Assembly: GCA_964291265.2 (NCBI GenBank)
Contig: OZ219747.1
Location: forward strand, 3,840,001-3,904,000
Origin: Alphaproteobacteria bacterium
GTDB taxonomy: Bacteria; Pseudomonadota; Alphaproteobacteria; SP197
Direction of reading: 5' to 3'
DNA: 64,000 nucleotides
Shown here one piece after another: positions 31,180-40,805 of this stretch (position 1 is the first letter of the stretch; every line of letters starts with the position of its first letter). Below the pieces are notes generated by a model. It had not been told where the DNA came from and made no database searches. It was given only the letters and a program-made list of their open reading frames with translations. The position numbers and the translations under genes were made by a program.

Positions 31180-31911
31180 TCAACCGATCCCGGCGAGAAA
31201 GGGAAATGTCTCCAGCAGCCACCAGGCCATGGCCGACACCCAACCCGCCAGCATGGCGATGCCCATGGCAACGAGAGCCCCTCCGGCGATGATCTGCAGA
31301 CGATGACCGAACCGGCCCAGTCCTCCCATGTGGCGCACAAGGACACCGGTAAAGAGGGCGGCGCCAAGGAACGGCAGTCCCAGTCCGAGAGCATAGACGG
31401 CCAGCAGGGCGACGCCGCCGGCGGTCGTCGTCTTGGTGGCGGCGATGGCAAGGATGCTCCCGAGGACCGGCCCGATGCACGGGGTCCAACCAAAACCGAA
31501 CGCGACGCCAAGGACATAAGCCGCCCCTGCCCTGCCATTGCCCAAGGCCGGATGAAACCTGAAATCGCGCTGCAGGAACGGCAGGCGCACCATACCCATC
31601 ATCAACAGGCCGAAGAGGATGACGATGACGGCCGCAATGTCGACGAGAAGGACGCTGTGGCGCAGGACAAGGGCGCCGGCAGCGGTCGCACCGGCTCCCA
31701 ACAGCACGAACACGCTCGAGAAGCCGAGAACGAACATGAGACTGGCTGCCATGATTGCCGGTCTGCGGTTCTCCCGTTGCGCGAGATCGTCGACAGAGAC
31801 GCCGGCGACATAGGAGACATAGGCCGGTACCAGGGGAAGAACGCAGGGTGACAGGAACGACACGATACCGGCGGCAAGGGCGACCGCCAGCTCTACCCCG
31901 TGGATCTCCAT
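31180..31911 (-). CDS. ccdA: Cytochrome c biogenesis CcdA / DsbD transmembrane domain protein
   Basis: SFLSPCVLPLVP, GWTPCIGPVLG. Confidence 0.9.
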   Translation of the reverse strand: MEIHGVELAVALAAGIVSFLSPCVLPLVPAYVSYVAGVSVDDLAQRENRRPAIMAASLMFVLGFSSVFVLLGAGATAAGALVLRHSVLLVDIAAVIVILFGLLMMGMVRLPFLQRDFRFHPALGNGRAGAAYVLGVAFGFGWTPCIGPVLGSILAIAATKTTTAGGVALLAVYALGLGLPFLGAALFTGVLVRHMGGLGRFGHRLQIIAGGALVAMGIAMLAGWVSAMAWWLLETFPFLAGIG

Positions 31912-32465
31912 CAGGGTGCGTCGGCCACCGCGGCTTCAACGAGAGGCATGATCACGGCCAGCGCCTCGTCTGTGTCCCACTGCGCTTCGCCGACCAGTTG
32001 CGCCACGACGTTCCCGCGATGATCGACGAGAAAGGTCGTCGGCAGGCCAAAGAGCCGCATGGAACGCGCCAGCTTCATGTCCGGATCACGCTGGATCGTC
32101 AGGTGACCAAGTCCGTGTTCATCATGGAAGGCCTTGATCTTCTCTTCGCTCGCCCTGTCCATCGCCATGGTGATGACAGCGAGATGGCTGCCGGCATGAA
32201 GCGCCGCGAGGCGGTCAAGCGAGGGCAACTCCTCGATGCAGGGTGGACACCATGTCGCCCAGAAGTTGAGCACGATGACCTTGCCCCTGTACTCGCCAAG
32301 AGTACCGGATCCGCCGCCCTCGATCAGATAGGAGGTCTCCGGCACCTGGAAAGGAGAATCGAGCCAGGCCAGGGTGTCGAGGGCCGTCGCCGGTTTCACG
32401 CCGACCGCAAGGCAGAACAGGGCCGCCTGGCTCCACCAGATGACCGGCCGCCATGGTGTGATCAC
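31911..32465 (-). CDS. TlpA-like periplasmic disulfide reductase
   Basis: LNFWATWCPPC, GLPTTFLVD; GTG start overlaps upstream stop. Confidence 0.87.
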   Translation of the reverse strand: MITPWRPVIWWSQAALFCLAVGVKPATALDTLAWLDSPFQVPETSYLIEGGGSGTLGEYRGKVIVLNFWATWCPPCIEELPSLDRLAALHAGSHLAVITMAMDRASEEKIKAFHDEHGLGHLTIQRDPDMKLARSMRLFGLPTTFLVDHRGNVVAQLVGEAQWDTDEALAVIMPLVEAAVADAP

Positions 32466-32995
32466 GATCCGGCTCCCGTGATCATGGGCAGCATGTCGCG
32501 GCGCCATGCATCCCGTGTGAGGGGCCCGACATGCTTGTAGACAATGACGCCGCCGGCATCCACGACGAAGGTTTCGGGAACTCCCCGCACACCCCACTCC
32601 ACGCCTCCCCTGCCGTCGACGTCGGCAACGGTCGCGGTATAGGGATTGCCATGGCGGTCCAGCCACGCAGACGCCGCTGCGGGATCGTCCCTGTAGGCCA
32701 GACCGAATATCCGCGCCGCTCCGCCGGCCGCAATCTCCATCAGCAGGGGATGTTCGTCACGACAACTCGCGCACCAGGAAGCGAAGACATTGACCAGTGT
32801 GGGCTCTCCCTTGAAGTCCTGCGACGTGAAGGGCGGTCCGTGGCCCTTCACGGCAGGCAGAACGATCGCAGGCGCCGGATCCCCGATGAGGGCCGACGGC
32901 ACGTGGGACGGGTCGCGCCCGAGACCGATCGCCAGTGACGCGGCAAGGGCGGCGAAGACCAGAAACGGAACCGCATGCCGCAATCGATGACGCAC
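32462..32995 (-). CDS. DsbE/CcmG thiol:disulfide interchange protein
   Basis: PSALIG, NVFASWCASC, GVPETFVVD. Confidence 0.9.
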   Translation of the reverse strand: MRHRLRHAVPFLVFAALAASLAIGLGRDPSHVPSALIGDPAPAIVLPAVKGHGPPFTSQDFKGEPTLVNVFASWCASCRDEHPLLMEIAAGGAARIFGLAYRDDPAAASAWLDRHGNPYTATVADVDGRGGVEWGVRGVPETFVVDAGGVIVYKHVGPLTRDAWRRDMLPMITGAGS

Positions 32996-33013
32996 CTTCG
33001 CCTCCCCCTCACC

Positions 33014-34195
33014 TCATCCACCGGGCAGTGTGGCGGCGAATCCGGCCATGCGAGCCCCGGCGCGGCGGAGATCGTCGTCGGACGCCGTCAACGACAGTCT
33101 GACAAAACCGGCGGCGGCACGACCGAAACTCTCACAGGCCAGAACGGCAACACCGGCTTCCTCGAGCAGCCTCCAGGAAAAATCCATGGAGGAGAGACCC
33201 GTGGCGCGCACATCGATCATCATGAAACAGGCGCCCTGGGGCCTGACGACGGAAAGATTGCCGCAGGGGGCCAGACTCTCGCACATCAGATCGAGACGTT
33301 CCTGGTAGCGCCGCGTCATCTCCCCGACCTCGGGGTAGTCCCCGCGAACCGCCTCGGTGGCCGCAGTCTGGATGAATGTCGGCAATCCGTAGTGGATCGC
33401 CAGCGCCAGATTGTACATATGCCTGGCAAATGCCACGGGGGCCACTGTCCAGCCGACACGCCATCCTGTCATCGCATGAGACTTGGAGAGGCTGTCAATG
33501 ACGACACAATGCGACGCCATGCCCGGAAGGCTGCAGGGGGAGACATGCCGGCGGCCATCGAAGAGAGTCCGGCTGTAGACCTCATCGCTGACAAGCCACA
33601 GGTCGTGAGCCCGGCAGAGATGCGCCAGCCCTTCGAGTTCGTCCGGGCCAAGGGCAGCTCCCGTCGGGTTGTGCGGCGTGTTGATCAGAACCACCCGTGT
33701 TCTCGGGGTGATGGCCGCCGCCACATCATCGGCATCGAGATGGAACGCTCGTTCGGGGCGCAGGGGAATGCTGACCAGCGTGGCGCCGCTGGCCTGGACC
33801 ACCGAGTCATAGGTCACGTAGCAGGGCTGCGGCACCACCACTTCGTCGCCGGGCTGGGCAAGGCACATGATGGCTCCGAAGAGCGCACCCTGGGCGCCGG
33901 GTGTCACGGTGACATTCTCCCAAGTGACATCCGTTCCGGTGTCACGGGCATGCCTGTCGGCAATGGCGCGCCTCAGCTCCCTGGCGCCGTCCACGTCCCC
34001 ATAGTGGGTGTCGCCCCGAGAGACACTCTCCACCAGGGCATCGACGATACCGGGAGGCGTGGGAAAGTCGGGATCGCCGATACTGAGGAGGATGACGTCA
34101 CGTCCGCAACGACGCCGTTCCAGGGCACGGGCATGAATATCCCAGGCCCGCGATCCCTCGTTCTCGAGGCGCGCAATCGTGGCGCTGTACCGCAT
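33014..34195 (-). CDS. Class I/II aminotransferase (AruH-like)
   Basis: AWDIH, LSIGDPDF, NTPHNPTG, SDEVY, SLSKSHAMTGWRVG. Confidence 0.88.
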   Translation of the reverse strand: MRYSATIARLENEGSRAWDIHARALERRRCGRDVILLSIGDPDFPTPPGIVDALVESVSRGDTHYGDVDGARELRRAIADRHARDTGTDVTWENVTVTPGAQGALFGAIMCLAQPGDEVVVPQPCYVTYDSVVQASGATLVSIPLRPERAFHLDADDVAAAITPRTRVVLINTPHNPTGAALGPDELEGLAHLCRAHDLWLVSDEVYSRTLFDGRRHVSPCSLPGMASHCVVIDSLSKSHAMTGWRVGWTVAPVAFARHMYNLALAIHYGLPTFIQTAATEAVRGDYPEVGEMTRRYQERLDLMCESLAPCGNLSVVRPQGACFMMIDVRATGLSSMDFSWRLLEEAGVAVLACESFGRAAAGFVRLSLTASDDDLRRAGARMAGFAATLPGG

Positions 34196-34237
34196 CGCTT
34201 CCCTGGCATTCGCCCGCAGGCTGAGGATTGCGGTGGC

Positions 34238-35335
34238 TCAGGCGGTCAGCAGCAGGGCCGAGTCTTCATGCCAGGTCAACCAGACACGTTCATGGTGCTG
34301 GCCAACGGCGGAGAGTTGACGCTCGGCATTCTGGGCGGCGACGGCGATCGGCTCCTCGCGCCCATCCACGGTGACATAGTAGTGACTGCGGTCGCCGAGA
34401 TAGGCCGTTGCCTGCATCGTGCCGGTGACCATGTTCCCTGTCTCTTCCGGTGCAGAGAAGGTCAACTGGAACTTCTCGGGGCGTATGGCGACGGTGATCG
34501 GTCCCGCCTGGGGCGCCTCGACACCGGAGGCCGTCGAGCGGACGGTCCCCAGACCTTCCGCATCGACAATGGTACTGTCACCCTCCCGGCCCTTGATGGC
34601 GCCTTCGAAGAGATTGATTGTACCAATGAAATCCGCCACTTCCTTCACCTGCGGCACCTCGTAGAGCCGGGTCGGTGAATCGATCTGCAGAACCTTGCCA
34701 AGCGACATGACCGCAATGCGGTCGGACATCGTCATGGCTTCTTCCTGATCGTGGGTGACGAACACGAAGGTGATGCCGACATCGCGCTGGAGAGCCCGCA
34801 ACTCCAGCTGCATCTGTTCTCGCAGCTTCTTGTCAAGAGCACCAAGCGGCTCATCGAGCAACAGCACCTTGGGCTGTTTGATGAGAGCGCGAGCCAGGGC
34901 GACGCGCTGGCGCTGACCACCGGACAGCTGATGAGCACCGCGGGCACCGTACCCGGGCAGCTTGATGAGATTGAGCATCTCGTCCACCCGCCGGTCAATC
35001 TCCGCCTTGGAGAGGCCCGACTTGCGCATGCCGTAGGCGATGTTCCGGTTGACGTTGAGATGCGGAAAGATGGCGTAGTTCTGGAACACCATGTTGACCG
35101 GACGATGGTGCGGCGGCACTCCGGCCTGCGGCTGGCCATCGATGAAGATGTTGCCCAAAGAGGGTTGTTCGAAACCTGCCAGCATCCTCAGCAGGGTCGT
35201 CTTGCCGCACCCGGAGGCGCCGAGAAGGGAAAAGAACTCTCCCTCGCCGATGTCGAAGGTCACATCATCGACAGCCTTGACGCTGCCGAAGTGTTTCGAC
35301 GTGTTTCTCATCGAGATGTAGTCGTCACGTGCCAT
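34238..35335 (-). CDS. Polyamine-type ABC transporter ATP-binding protein (PotA-like)
   Basis: [28 protein letters not shown]. Confidence 0.93.
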   Translation of the reverse strand: MARDDYISMRNTSKHFGSVKAVDDVTFDIGEGEFFSLLGASGCGKTTLLRMLAGFEQPSLGNIFIDGQPQAGVPPHHRPVNMVFQNYAIFPHLNVNRNIAYGMRKSGLSKAEIDRRVDEMLNLIKLPGYGARGAHQLSGGQRQRVALARALIKQPKVLLLDEPLGALDKKLREQMQLELRALQRDVGITFVFVTHDQEEAMTMSDRIAVMSLGKVLQIDSPTRLYEVPQVKEVADFIGTINLFEGAIKGREGDSTIVDAEGLGTVRSTASGVEAPQAGPITVAIRPEKFQLTFSAPEETGNMVTGTMQATAYLGDRSHYYVTVDGREEPIAVAAQNAERQLSAVGQHHERVWLTWHEDSALLLTA

Positions 35336-35395
35336 GAGCCCTGTCCGTCATGATTGCAAGGTGAAACTGTACCAGGCCATTCCTCCGCAATCCGG

Positions 35396-36301
35396 TCAGA
35401 TTGCCGACCCGCTCTGCGGGCCGACACCGCGTCTGCGCAACACCTCGGCGACAGTCACGATGAAGAACGAGAAGATCAGGATAGTGGCGCCAAGGGCGAG
35501 CACCATCGGCAGTCTGCTCGGAAAGCGCAGCTGACTCCAGATGTAGACCGGAAGCGTCGCCTCGTTGCCCGCCAGGAAGAATGCCAGGATGAACTCGTCG
35601 AAGGAGATGGTGAAGGTGAGAAGCAGGCTCGCCAGAATGCCCGGCCAGGCAAGCGGCAGGGTGACCCGGAAAAAGGTCCGGACCGGTCCCTCGCCAAGGT
35701 CGAGCGACGCTTCCTCGAGGTTCTTGTCAAAGCCTTCGAGACGGGACATCAGCACCAGCATGGCAAACGGCACGCTGACCAGCGTGTGCGCGAGTCCGAT
35801 GGTGTAAAGGGAGAGTTCCATCCCCACCATGTTGGTGATCACCAGCAACGAGATGCCGAGAATGATGCCCGGCACCACCAGGGGCAGCATGATGAAAGCC
35901 GTGATGGCACCCTTGCCAGGCATCACGTAGCGCGTCATGGCCTTGGCCGCGAACAGCCCCAGGACCGTGGAGAGAACCGCAACGGCGCCCCCCACCTTGA
36001 CACTGTTGGCGAGGGCATCGAGCAACTGCTGCGTGTTCACCATGTCGCCGTACCACTCGAGGGAGAAACCCTTGAGCGGAAAGGCGACGTAAATGGAGTC
36101 GTTGAACGAAAACAGCGGCAGGAACAGCACCGGAATGTACAGGAAGGCGAGATACCATACCGCGTAGAGGAACATCGGTGCCTCGGCGGTCCAGTGATAC
36201 CCCTCGTGCTTGGAGGCGAAGTACTGCGGCACTTCCTCGCCGCGTTGATCCTGTGCGGCCTTTCGAGCCGTCAGGCTCCCCTGGGCGGTTGTGTCGGTCA
36301 T
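35396..36301 (-). CDS. Polyamine-type ABC permease (PotC-like)
   Basis: FSFNDS, LEEASLDLG, SFDEF. Confidence 0.9.
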   Translation of the reverse strand: MTDTTAQGSLTARKAAQDQRGEEVPQYFASKHEGYHWTAEAPMFLYAVWYLAFLYIPVLFLPLFSFNDSIYVAFPLKGFSLEWYGDMVNTQQLLDALANSVKVGGAVAVLSTVLGLFAAKAMTRYVMPGKGAITAFIMLPLVVPGIILGISLLVITNMVGMELSLYTIGLAHTLVSVPFAMLVLMSRLEGFDKNLEEASLDLGEGPVRTFFRVTLPLAWPGILASLLLTFTISFDEFILAFFLAGNEATLPVYIWSQLRFPSRLPMVLALGATILIFSFFIVTVAEVLRRRGVGPQSGSAI

Positions 36302-37236
36302 GCGGATTTCGCCCTTCCGCGGGTCGTCGTGACAATGAAGACGACCACCAGGAAGGCAATCATCAACATGACTATCACCGACAGCGCCGCACCCAACGGC
36401 CAGTTGTTGGCCTTGCCGAACTGCGACTGGATGATGTTGCCGATCATGATGCCTGTCGTCCCGCCCACAAGGCGCGGCGTGACGTAATCGGCAACGGTCG
36501 GGATGAAGACCAGGAGGCCCGCCGCGATGACGCCGGGAAGCGACAGAGGCCAGGTCACCCGCCAGAAGCGCTCCGCAGGTGTGTCACCCAGATCGGTGGC
36601 GGCCTCGAGGTAGGATCTGTCGATCTTCTCCAGCGACACGTAGATGGGAAGAATGGCGAAGGCGGCCCAGGCGTGCGCCAGGGTCAGCACCACAGCCGTG
36701 GGATTGTAGAGCAGGAACTGCAGGGGTTCGTCGATCAGGCCGACGCTGATGAGCCCCGAGTTGACGACACCGTTGTACCCGAGGATGACCTTCCAGGCGA
36801 AAACGCGAAGCAGATAGCTCGTCCAGAATGGCACGGTGATGAGAATGAGCCAGACCAGCTTGTTGCTCTTGACCTTGAAGGCGATGAAGTAGGCCATCGG
36901 GTAGGCGAGGATGATGGTCGCAAAAGTGCAAAAGAGCGACATCCTGACCGACTTCATGATCAGGGCGACATAGATCGGCTTCTGGAAGAAGGCCTCGTAG
37001 TTGGCAAGCGTGAACGTCCTGTCGATGTCCAGATAGTTCTGGGTCCAGAAGCTGTAGGTCACCAGCATGAACACCGGCAGGCACATCAGCATGACCATCA
37101 CCAGCAGGGTCGGTGACAGCAGGGTGTATCCCCTGATCCACTCGTAGCGCAGGAACAGGGCGTTCACGCGGAAGATCAGGGAAGTCTGCCGCGTATCCCG
37201 ATAAGCAAGGGTCCGAGCACTGTCCGTCATTGCCAT
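36298..37236 (-). CDS. Polyamine-type ABC permease (PotB-like)
   Basis: PFWTSYLLR, YLEAATDLG, NWPLGAA. Confidence 0.9.
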   Translation of the reverse strand: MAMTDSARTLAYRDTRQTSLIFRVNALFLRYEWIRGYTLLSPTLLVMVMLMCLPVFMLVTYSFWTQNYLDIDRTFTLANYEAFFQKPIYVALIMKSVRMSLFCTFATIILAYPMAYFIAFKVKSNKLVWLILITVPFWTSYLLRVFAWKVILGYNGVVNSGLISVGLIDEPLQFLLYNPTAVVLTLAHAWAAFAILPIYVSLEKIDRSYLEAATDLGDTPAERFWRVTWPLSLPGVIAAGLLVFIPTVADYVTPRLVGGTTGIMIGNIIQSQFGKANNWPLGAALSVIVMLMIAFLVVVFIVTTTRGRAKSA

Positions 37237-37470
37237 GGTGCCTTAAATGCCTCCCTCGGCGATTCAGCGCAGTGCTCACCCATAGCACACACTCCGGCCC
37301 CTCTGCCACCCCGGAATCTTCCCCGGCCGCAGGGAAGCTGCGGAACTTCCTGTCTGCCTCCGGCAAGGCCAGGAGCGGGAACTCATCGCCGAGGCGGCCA
37401 CTGCCGCGCCGCCATCGGCCGAATGCGTTGCGTGGCAACCACCGGAACTCTCTTCAACCCCGGCTGACCG

Positions 37471-37533
37471 ACATCCCGGTTGAGGCATGGATGTTCACGT
37501 ACATCCCGGTTGAGGCATGGCTGTTCACGTACA
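37471..37533. repeat. 30-bp tandem duplication
   Basis: ACATCCCGGTTGAGGCATGG(A/C)TGTTCACGT x2 plus ACA; one mismatch. Confidence 0.9.
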
Positions 37534-37647
37534 CGGGCCTTCGCGCGGCGTGCGCGATCAAGGCCCATTTGGCAAGGAAGGGCTGGCGGCCCTTGCCATG
37601 GCTCCTTGTCGGTAAGCGTTCGGCCACGCGGTGATTGTTGGTGATAT

Positions 37648-37955
37648 TCACCGGTTGAGGATGCGTTTGGGAGGCGCACCACGTGGCGGTTCGCTGTTGG
37701 GTCCGAAGACGATGGGTCCGGGTCGGGTTGCTCGTCGTTGGGGTGGCGGCAGGGTGATGAGGCCGTCGCGGTGCATGGCCAGAAAGGCGACATTCGCCAT
37801 CATGTTCTTGAGGCCCCGTCGGGCTTGTATCAGCCGGTCTCGCGGCAGAAGGCGCGGGCGATGGCCGCACGGGTGGGGTGCTGGGTGATCAGGGAGCGCA
37901 ACAGCGCCATCTCGTGCGCGGTGAAGTCACGGCCGTCGTAACGGCACTCGATCAC
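37648..37955 (-). pseudogene. Truncated passenger gene resembling the N-terminus of DUF4338 (DruA-like) proteins
   Basis: GTG overlaps the transposase stop; RYDGRDFTAHEMALLRSLI..FCRETG*YKPDG/GLKNMMANVAFLAMHRDGLITLPPP..PGPIVFGP; family assignment from recall. Confidence 0.6.
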
Positions 37956-40396
37956 CCCGGTTCCATGAGGTCCCTTCGACGCTCCGGGGTCATCGACCAT
38001 GGCAGCCACGGGTCGAGGTCATCCGGCGGCTTGCCGCCGTTCTGCGCGCAGGCCTCAAGCCACTCATGAAGCCAGCGCCGAACATTGATGTTGTTCATGG
38101 CAAGGGTGCCGATGACCGAGTACATGATGGCGGTGAAGGCGGCGCCTTCCTCGCTGTCGGAGCCGAAGCTCAGCTTTCTCGCGGTCACCGCACCCCGGAG
38201 GGTTCTCTCGGCAAAGTTGTTGTCCATGGGCACCTGGGGATGGTCGACAAAGACGCACAGTCCCTCGCGGTGACGGATCAGGGAACGCAAGGGCTTCGCT
38301 TCGCGTGCACCCTCGGGCAAGGCGTCGAGTTCCTCCTGAGCCTGCCTGAACAGCGCCTCGACAGCCGCACGAAGGTCCTTCTGCAGGGCATTGAACCTCG
38401 CTGACTGACGCTTGCGTGCGGGATCGTAGTGCTTCAGCCGTTGCCCATTCAGTGTGTAGATCAGCGCGATCCTGTCGAGCCACTTGTCGCACCACTCTTC
38501 CAGCCCCTCTTGGCCTGCCGCAGCCTCGATCACATCGCGCCTGGAGTGCGCCCAGCAAAGGCAGAGGATCACCTTGCCATCAAGCTCACGCTCCAGTTTC
38601 CTGTAGACCACGTAGCGGTCGCAAACAAGGAAGACGACACCTTCGGTGGAGGCGAACAGCACCATGGCCACCCGGGTGCTGCGTGACGGGTCGATAAGGA
38701 AGAAGACGGAGTCGGCGCTGACCGCGGTCCACAGCCAGGCCTTCTGCGAGCGCCCCGAGGCCTTGAGGGACTGGATGCGCCAGCTGGTCTCGTCGCCGTG
38801 GCGCACCGTCAGCCGGTTCTGATGATCGAGGATGGCCTGAGCGAGAGGCGCGAACATCGGCGTCATCTTCTTCATGCCGCCAGCGATCGTTCCCGGCGCC
38901 ATCGGCAGTCCCTGGTCTTCCAGCCATCGCGAGACCCGGCGCAGGGGACGCAAGCAGGCGAAGCGCTCATAGAGCACGCATGCCCAGACACTGATGCCGA
39001 AGGGGGTATTCGCAAGCAAGCGCAAAGGTGGCGGCGCGATGATCTCCGCAGGCGCCGACGAACACTGACAACCACGGCGCCAACGCCCACGTTCAATCCG
39101 CCGGATATGAGCCTTGACATGGACCTCCATGATCGAGGTCTCGTGGCTGCCGTTGGCCACATAGGGCTCGCCGCAACACGGGCACGTGCGCTGCGATGCC
39201 GGTGGATCATGGCGTTCGTGCTTCTCCTTGAGCTTCGGACGCGGAGTGCGCCCGTGGCCGCTCTTGCCGGGTTGCTGACCCCGCTTGTTCCCGGTGCCTT
39301 CCTTCTTCTTCCGTTTCTCGCTCTTCGACCCGAAGCGCGCCGTCGCGTGCTTGGCACGCGTCCCGCGGAGATTCCTCAGCTCGCTCGCCTGTTCAGCGTT
39401 CTTGAGCTTCAGAGCGTCCCTTTCCCGCTCCAGCGCCTCCGCTCGGGCCTGTCCACGCTTCACCTCCCGGCGAGCCTCCTTGAGCTGATCACGAGTGCGG
39501 TCGAGATGAAACTTGAATGTGCCCGCACGGGCACGGGCAGAATTCTTCGCACGGCGCAGGTCAGACGCGGTAGGGATGCGCATTGCTGCGCACCCCCCGC
39601 GCAGATCCGGACGTGGACGTTAATCCATCCGGCTCCTACCTCGGGTACTGGACGGCAAACCACTGGACTAGCCTGCGGCTTCCCGTATCCGATCCGCCGC
39701 CTGTGGCACGCTTGCCCGACACTGCGTTCGGTGCGTGCTTTAGCGTCCCGGATTCCCCTTGGTTGAGGCCCTTTCCTCCAGCGACTCCGCAGAAGCTAAC
39801 GCTTCCTTGTTCGCCGCCTTCACAGGTACTACGGCCTCATCCGACTTCTTCAAACCGTACATCATAGGCTTCGGTTTTCTCCTTCCCCATGCGGTCCCGC
39901 CACAACCGGCGGGACGGTTTGAAGATCTCCCAGGGTCCCAACAGAAGGCGTGCGGACGTGCATGGGTTCTCTGACACCGCGGGGCTCGCCGACATCTCAC
40001 CAAATCGATGCCTGCGATGTTGCCTTCGACCAATGCGAAAGCCTCGGCACCCCGGATGATAGCTTTTTCGGTGCTCATTAGCCCTGCCCATCCGTACCGC
40101 TACCGACGCTTCGCCTGCCCCCTCGCGGGAACCGACGCACGGCTCGCGGAGAAACGTGGTTTGGTTACTCCTTCGTTCCAGGGGACTTTCACCCCCTACC
40201 TTCCGCCAGTTCGCCTGGCACACCGCATACGCGCTTCCGCCGCATCCGCACGAACCCGCTCCGCCTCATAGAGCGCACGCCAGTCAGGCGCCTCGCATGA
40301 CAAGGCCACTGACGCCCGACATAGGCCGTCACCACCTCCCGTCAGCTGCTGTGTCGCTCCGCGCGTCTCGGCAAAAGTCTTCATGGCCTCGACCAT
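37952..40396 (-). CDS. IS66 family transposase, split by a group II intron: join(40396..40224, 39563..37952)
   Basis: Spliced length 1785 nt (594 aa), junction EARMR|DLRRAK; CPCCG zinc knuckle; HGDET, CDRY, CWAHSRR, NNFAER catalytic motifs intact; alternative start 40384. Confidence 0.88.
39564..40223 (-). ncRNA. ORF-less group II intron (IIB type, tentatively bacterial class E-like), 660 nt
   Basis: 5' GTGTGCCAGG; D5 GAGCCGGATGGATTAACGTCCACGTCCGGATC with AGC triad; D6 GGGGGTGCGCAGCAATGCGCATCCCTACCGCGTC with A 8 nt from the end; EBS1 CGCAT complementary to exon end ATGCG. Confidence 0.92.
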
Positions 40397-40697
40397 AATC
40401 GAGACCAAACGAGTTTACCAGCACTTTCTCAGACGATAGTCAGCAAGACCCAAACCAACCAAAATCAGCCATCACCGAACGGCCGAACGCTTACCCTTGT
40501 CGTGAGTGCTTGCGCGGTTCCCCGGAACGGCCATCACCCCGCAGGGATGCCCGCGATCTCCGAGGTCATCGCGGTCGCGTTGCAACGATGAGCATCCCGG
40601 CGCAGCGCCGTCTGCCGCCGGGCCTCTCCGTGGCGCCATCGAGGGACTGGTCCGTCGAGTCCTTCGACGATGCGGTGATCCGGATAGAGGAAACGGT

Positions 40698-40772
40698 CTT
40701 GACAGGGGAGAACGCGCCCACCATGTGTGTTGGCACTCGACATCAGCGAGTGCCAACACACATGGTGGGCGC
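40698..40772 (+). promoter_or_regulatory. Sigma32-like promoter and CIRCE operator of the first groESL
   Basis: CTTGAC at 40698; TTGGCACTC-N9-GAGTGCCAA at 40730-40756 inside a 26-bp perfect inverted repeat. Confidence 0.85.
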
Positions 40773-40805
40773 CGGTCCCGCCACTCACGAAGAGGAAGAG
40801 AGCTC

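Larger units (their letters stand above)
37612..40494 (-). mobile_element. IS66-family element with group II intron and passenger remnant
   Basis: TIRs GTAAGCGTTCGGCCACGCGGTGAT and (reverse complement) GTAAGCGTTCGGCCGTTCGGTGAT; 8-bp TSD CCTTGTCG at 37604-37611 and 40495-40502. Confidence 0.95.

Noticed and set aside
37471-37533. 30-bp direct repeat as a CRISPR array
   Set aside because: Two adjacent copies, no spacer, no cas genes; simple tandem duplication
37952-39583. ORF-track start MRIPTAS for the IS66 transposase
   Set aside because: That ATG lies inside intron D6; the real N-terminus is upstream of the intron, although internal initiation cannot be excluded
39740-40223. ORFs of 112 and 128 aa inside the intron
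   Set aside because: They overlap structured ribozyme domains and have no RT motifs
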